From a candidate division CPR2 bacterium GW2011_GWC2_39_10 (lineage in GTDB: Bacteria; Patescibacteriota; CPR2), in the NCBI GenBank assembly GCA_000993275.1, contig LBVV01000009.1:2897-66896 (forward strand): a stretch of 64,000 bases of DNA, in the 5' to 3' direction. Of the stretch, positions 63,278 to 64,000 are shown piece after piece. The notes under the pieces were generated by a model. It ran no database searches. It had not been told where the DNA came from and saw nothing but the letters and a program-made list of their open reading frames with translations. Both the position numbers and the translations under genes were made by a program. Numbering within the stretch: the stretch's first letter is position 1; each line of letters opens with the position of its first letter.

Positions 63278-64000
63278 ATGAAAAAAATATCTATAATAAC
63301 ACCAATATATAATGAGTCTAATAATATTGAACATTTTTTATGTTCAATAGAAAAAATTAAATATTCTTATACTAGTTTTGAATTAGTTTTAATAAATGAT
63401 GGTTCCATGGATGAAACTTTAAAAATAATTATTGATTTTAAAAAACAAACAAAAATCGATTTAAAAATAATTAGTTTTAGAAAGAATAGGGGACGAGCTT
63501 ATGCCAGACATATAGGCGCAAAAAAGGCAAAGTATGATTTACTATTTTTTTTGGATTGCAGGTGTGTCGTTTTCCCTGATGCCCTAATAGTATTAAATAG
63601 TATTAAGTATCAGCCACTTTTGGGCGTTGCAATACAAGAAACAGGCGATTTGGTTAGCCGTTTTTTTCATAAAGTAAGAAAAAAAATTTATAAAGATAGT
63701 TTTTCATCTAGTTTTAAAGACTTATATATAAATGAAAGCAATTTCAATCATATTTCAAAAGGGATGGCCACTTTTTTTTGTAATCGAAAATTATTTCTTA
63801 AGTGCCAAATTAAAAATCTGGAGGACAAGGATTCCTCAGATGATACCAAATTGCTACAAAACATTATCCGCAACAAACCAATTTTGAAAACAGCGAAAAT
63901 TAAAGTTACATATTATATGCGGTCTAGTTTGTGGGAAAATTTACTGCACATATATAAAAGAGGTCCAAAGTTTAGTGATTATTATATCAATAATAAGGGG
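63278..64000 (+). CDS. GT2-family glycosyltransferase, 5' portion. The gene runs off the window end.
   Basis: The frame is open from the ATG at 63278 to the end; ITPIYNESNNIE..LINDGSMDET..FLDCR motifs. Confidence 0.7.
   Translation, partial: MKKISIITPIYNESNNIEHFLCSIEKIKYSYTSFELVLINDGSMDETLKIIIDFKKQTKIDLKIISFRKNRGRAYARHIGAKKAKYDLLFFLDCRCVVFPDALIVLNSIKYQPLLGVAIQETGDLVSRFFHKVRKKIYKDSFSSSFKDLYINESNFNHISKGMATFFCNRKLFLKCQIKNLEDKDSSDDTKLLQNIIRNKPILKTAKIKVTYYMRSSLWENLLHIYKRGPKFSDYYINNKG

Overview
This AT-rich window encodes its genes densely on the + strand. Several traits point to a Candidate Phyla Radiation (Patescibacteria) bacterium using the standard genetic code. These are no L30 gene in the ribosomal cluster, no adk/map between secY and infA, Lys/Glu-rich tails on several ribosomal proteins, and TGA and TAA used as stop codons.

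The first 22 kb is one long ribosomal super-operon: fusA (3' part), tuf, rpsJ, rplC-D-W-B, rpsS, rplV, rpsC, rplP, rpmC, rpsQ, rplN-X-E, rpsZ, rpsH, rplF-R, rpsE, rplO, secY, infA, rpmJ, rpsM-K-D, rpoA, rplQ, rplM, rpsI. A terminator-bounded 3-gene cassette (secreted beta-propeller protein plus two hypotheticals) is inserted between rpsJ and rplC.

The next 14 kb is accessory-like and repeat-rich. It carries three families of intergenic repeats (a 97-bp family, a 130-220 bp family with a CCACTTTTGGCAGCAAAAGTGG hairpin, and GTCATTCCGGA...TCCGGAATGAC palindromic hairpins) and a 170-bp MITE-like element with GTAACTGCTCACAATC terminal inverted repeats. It also carries a cdaA remnant lacking its cyclase domain followed by intact cdaR, an RCK K+ channel, DksA/TraR-like, rluD, holB and ricT genes, a tRNA cluster (Thr, Tyr, Thr, a pseudo-tRNA fragment, Trp), rpmG, an HTH protein with a possible degenerate LAGLIDADG-like fold, and an ABC-2 transporter whose ATPase is frameshifted in an A6 run.

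From 36.6 to 58.7 kb lies a cell-surface protein island. It has paralogous DUF916-like anchored proteins, paralogous WxL-like secreted proteins, a dockerin-bearing protein, three cohesin-like modules and Ig-like/FN3 proteins. It wraps around an atypical F-type ATPase operon, atpE-F-H-A-G-D-C. This operon has no atpB, its c subunit lacks the conserved carboxylate, and atpD carries an internal frame-breaking deletion.

The window ends with envelope-glycan genes: a DacA-like carboxypeptidase, GT2, WecB, a dual methyltransferase and another GT2.
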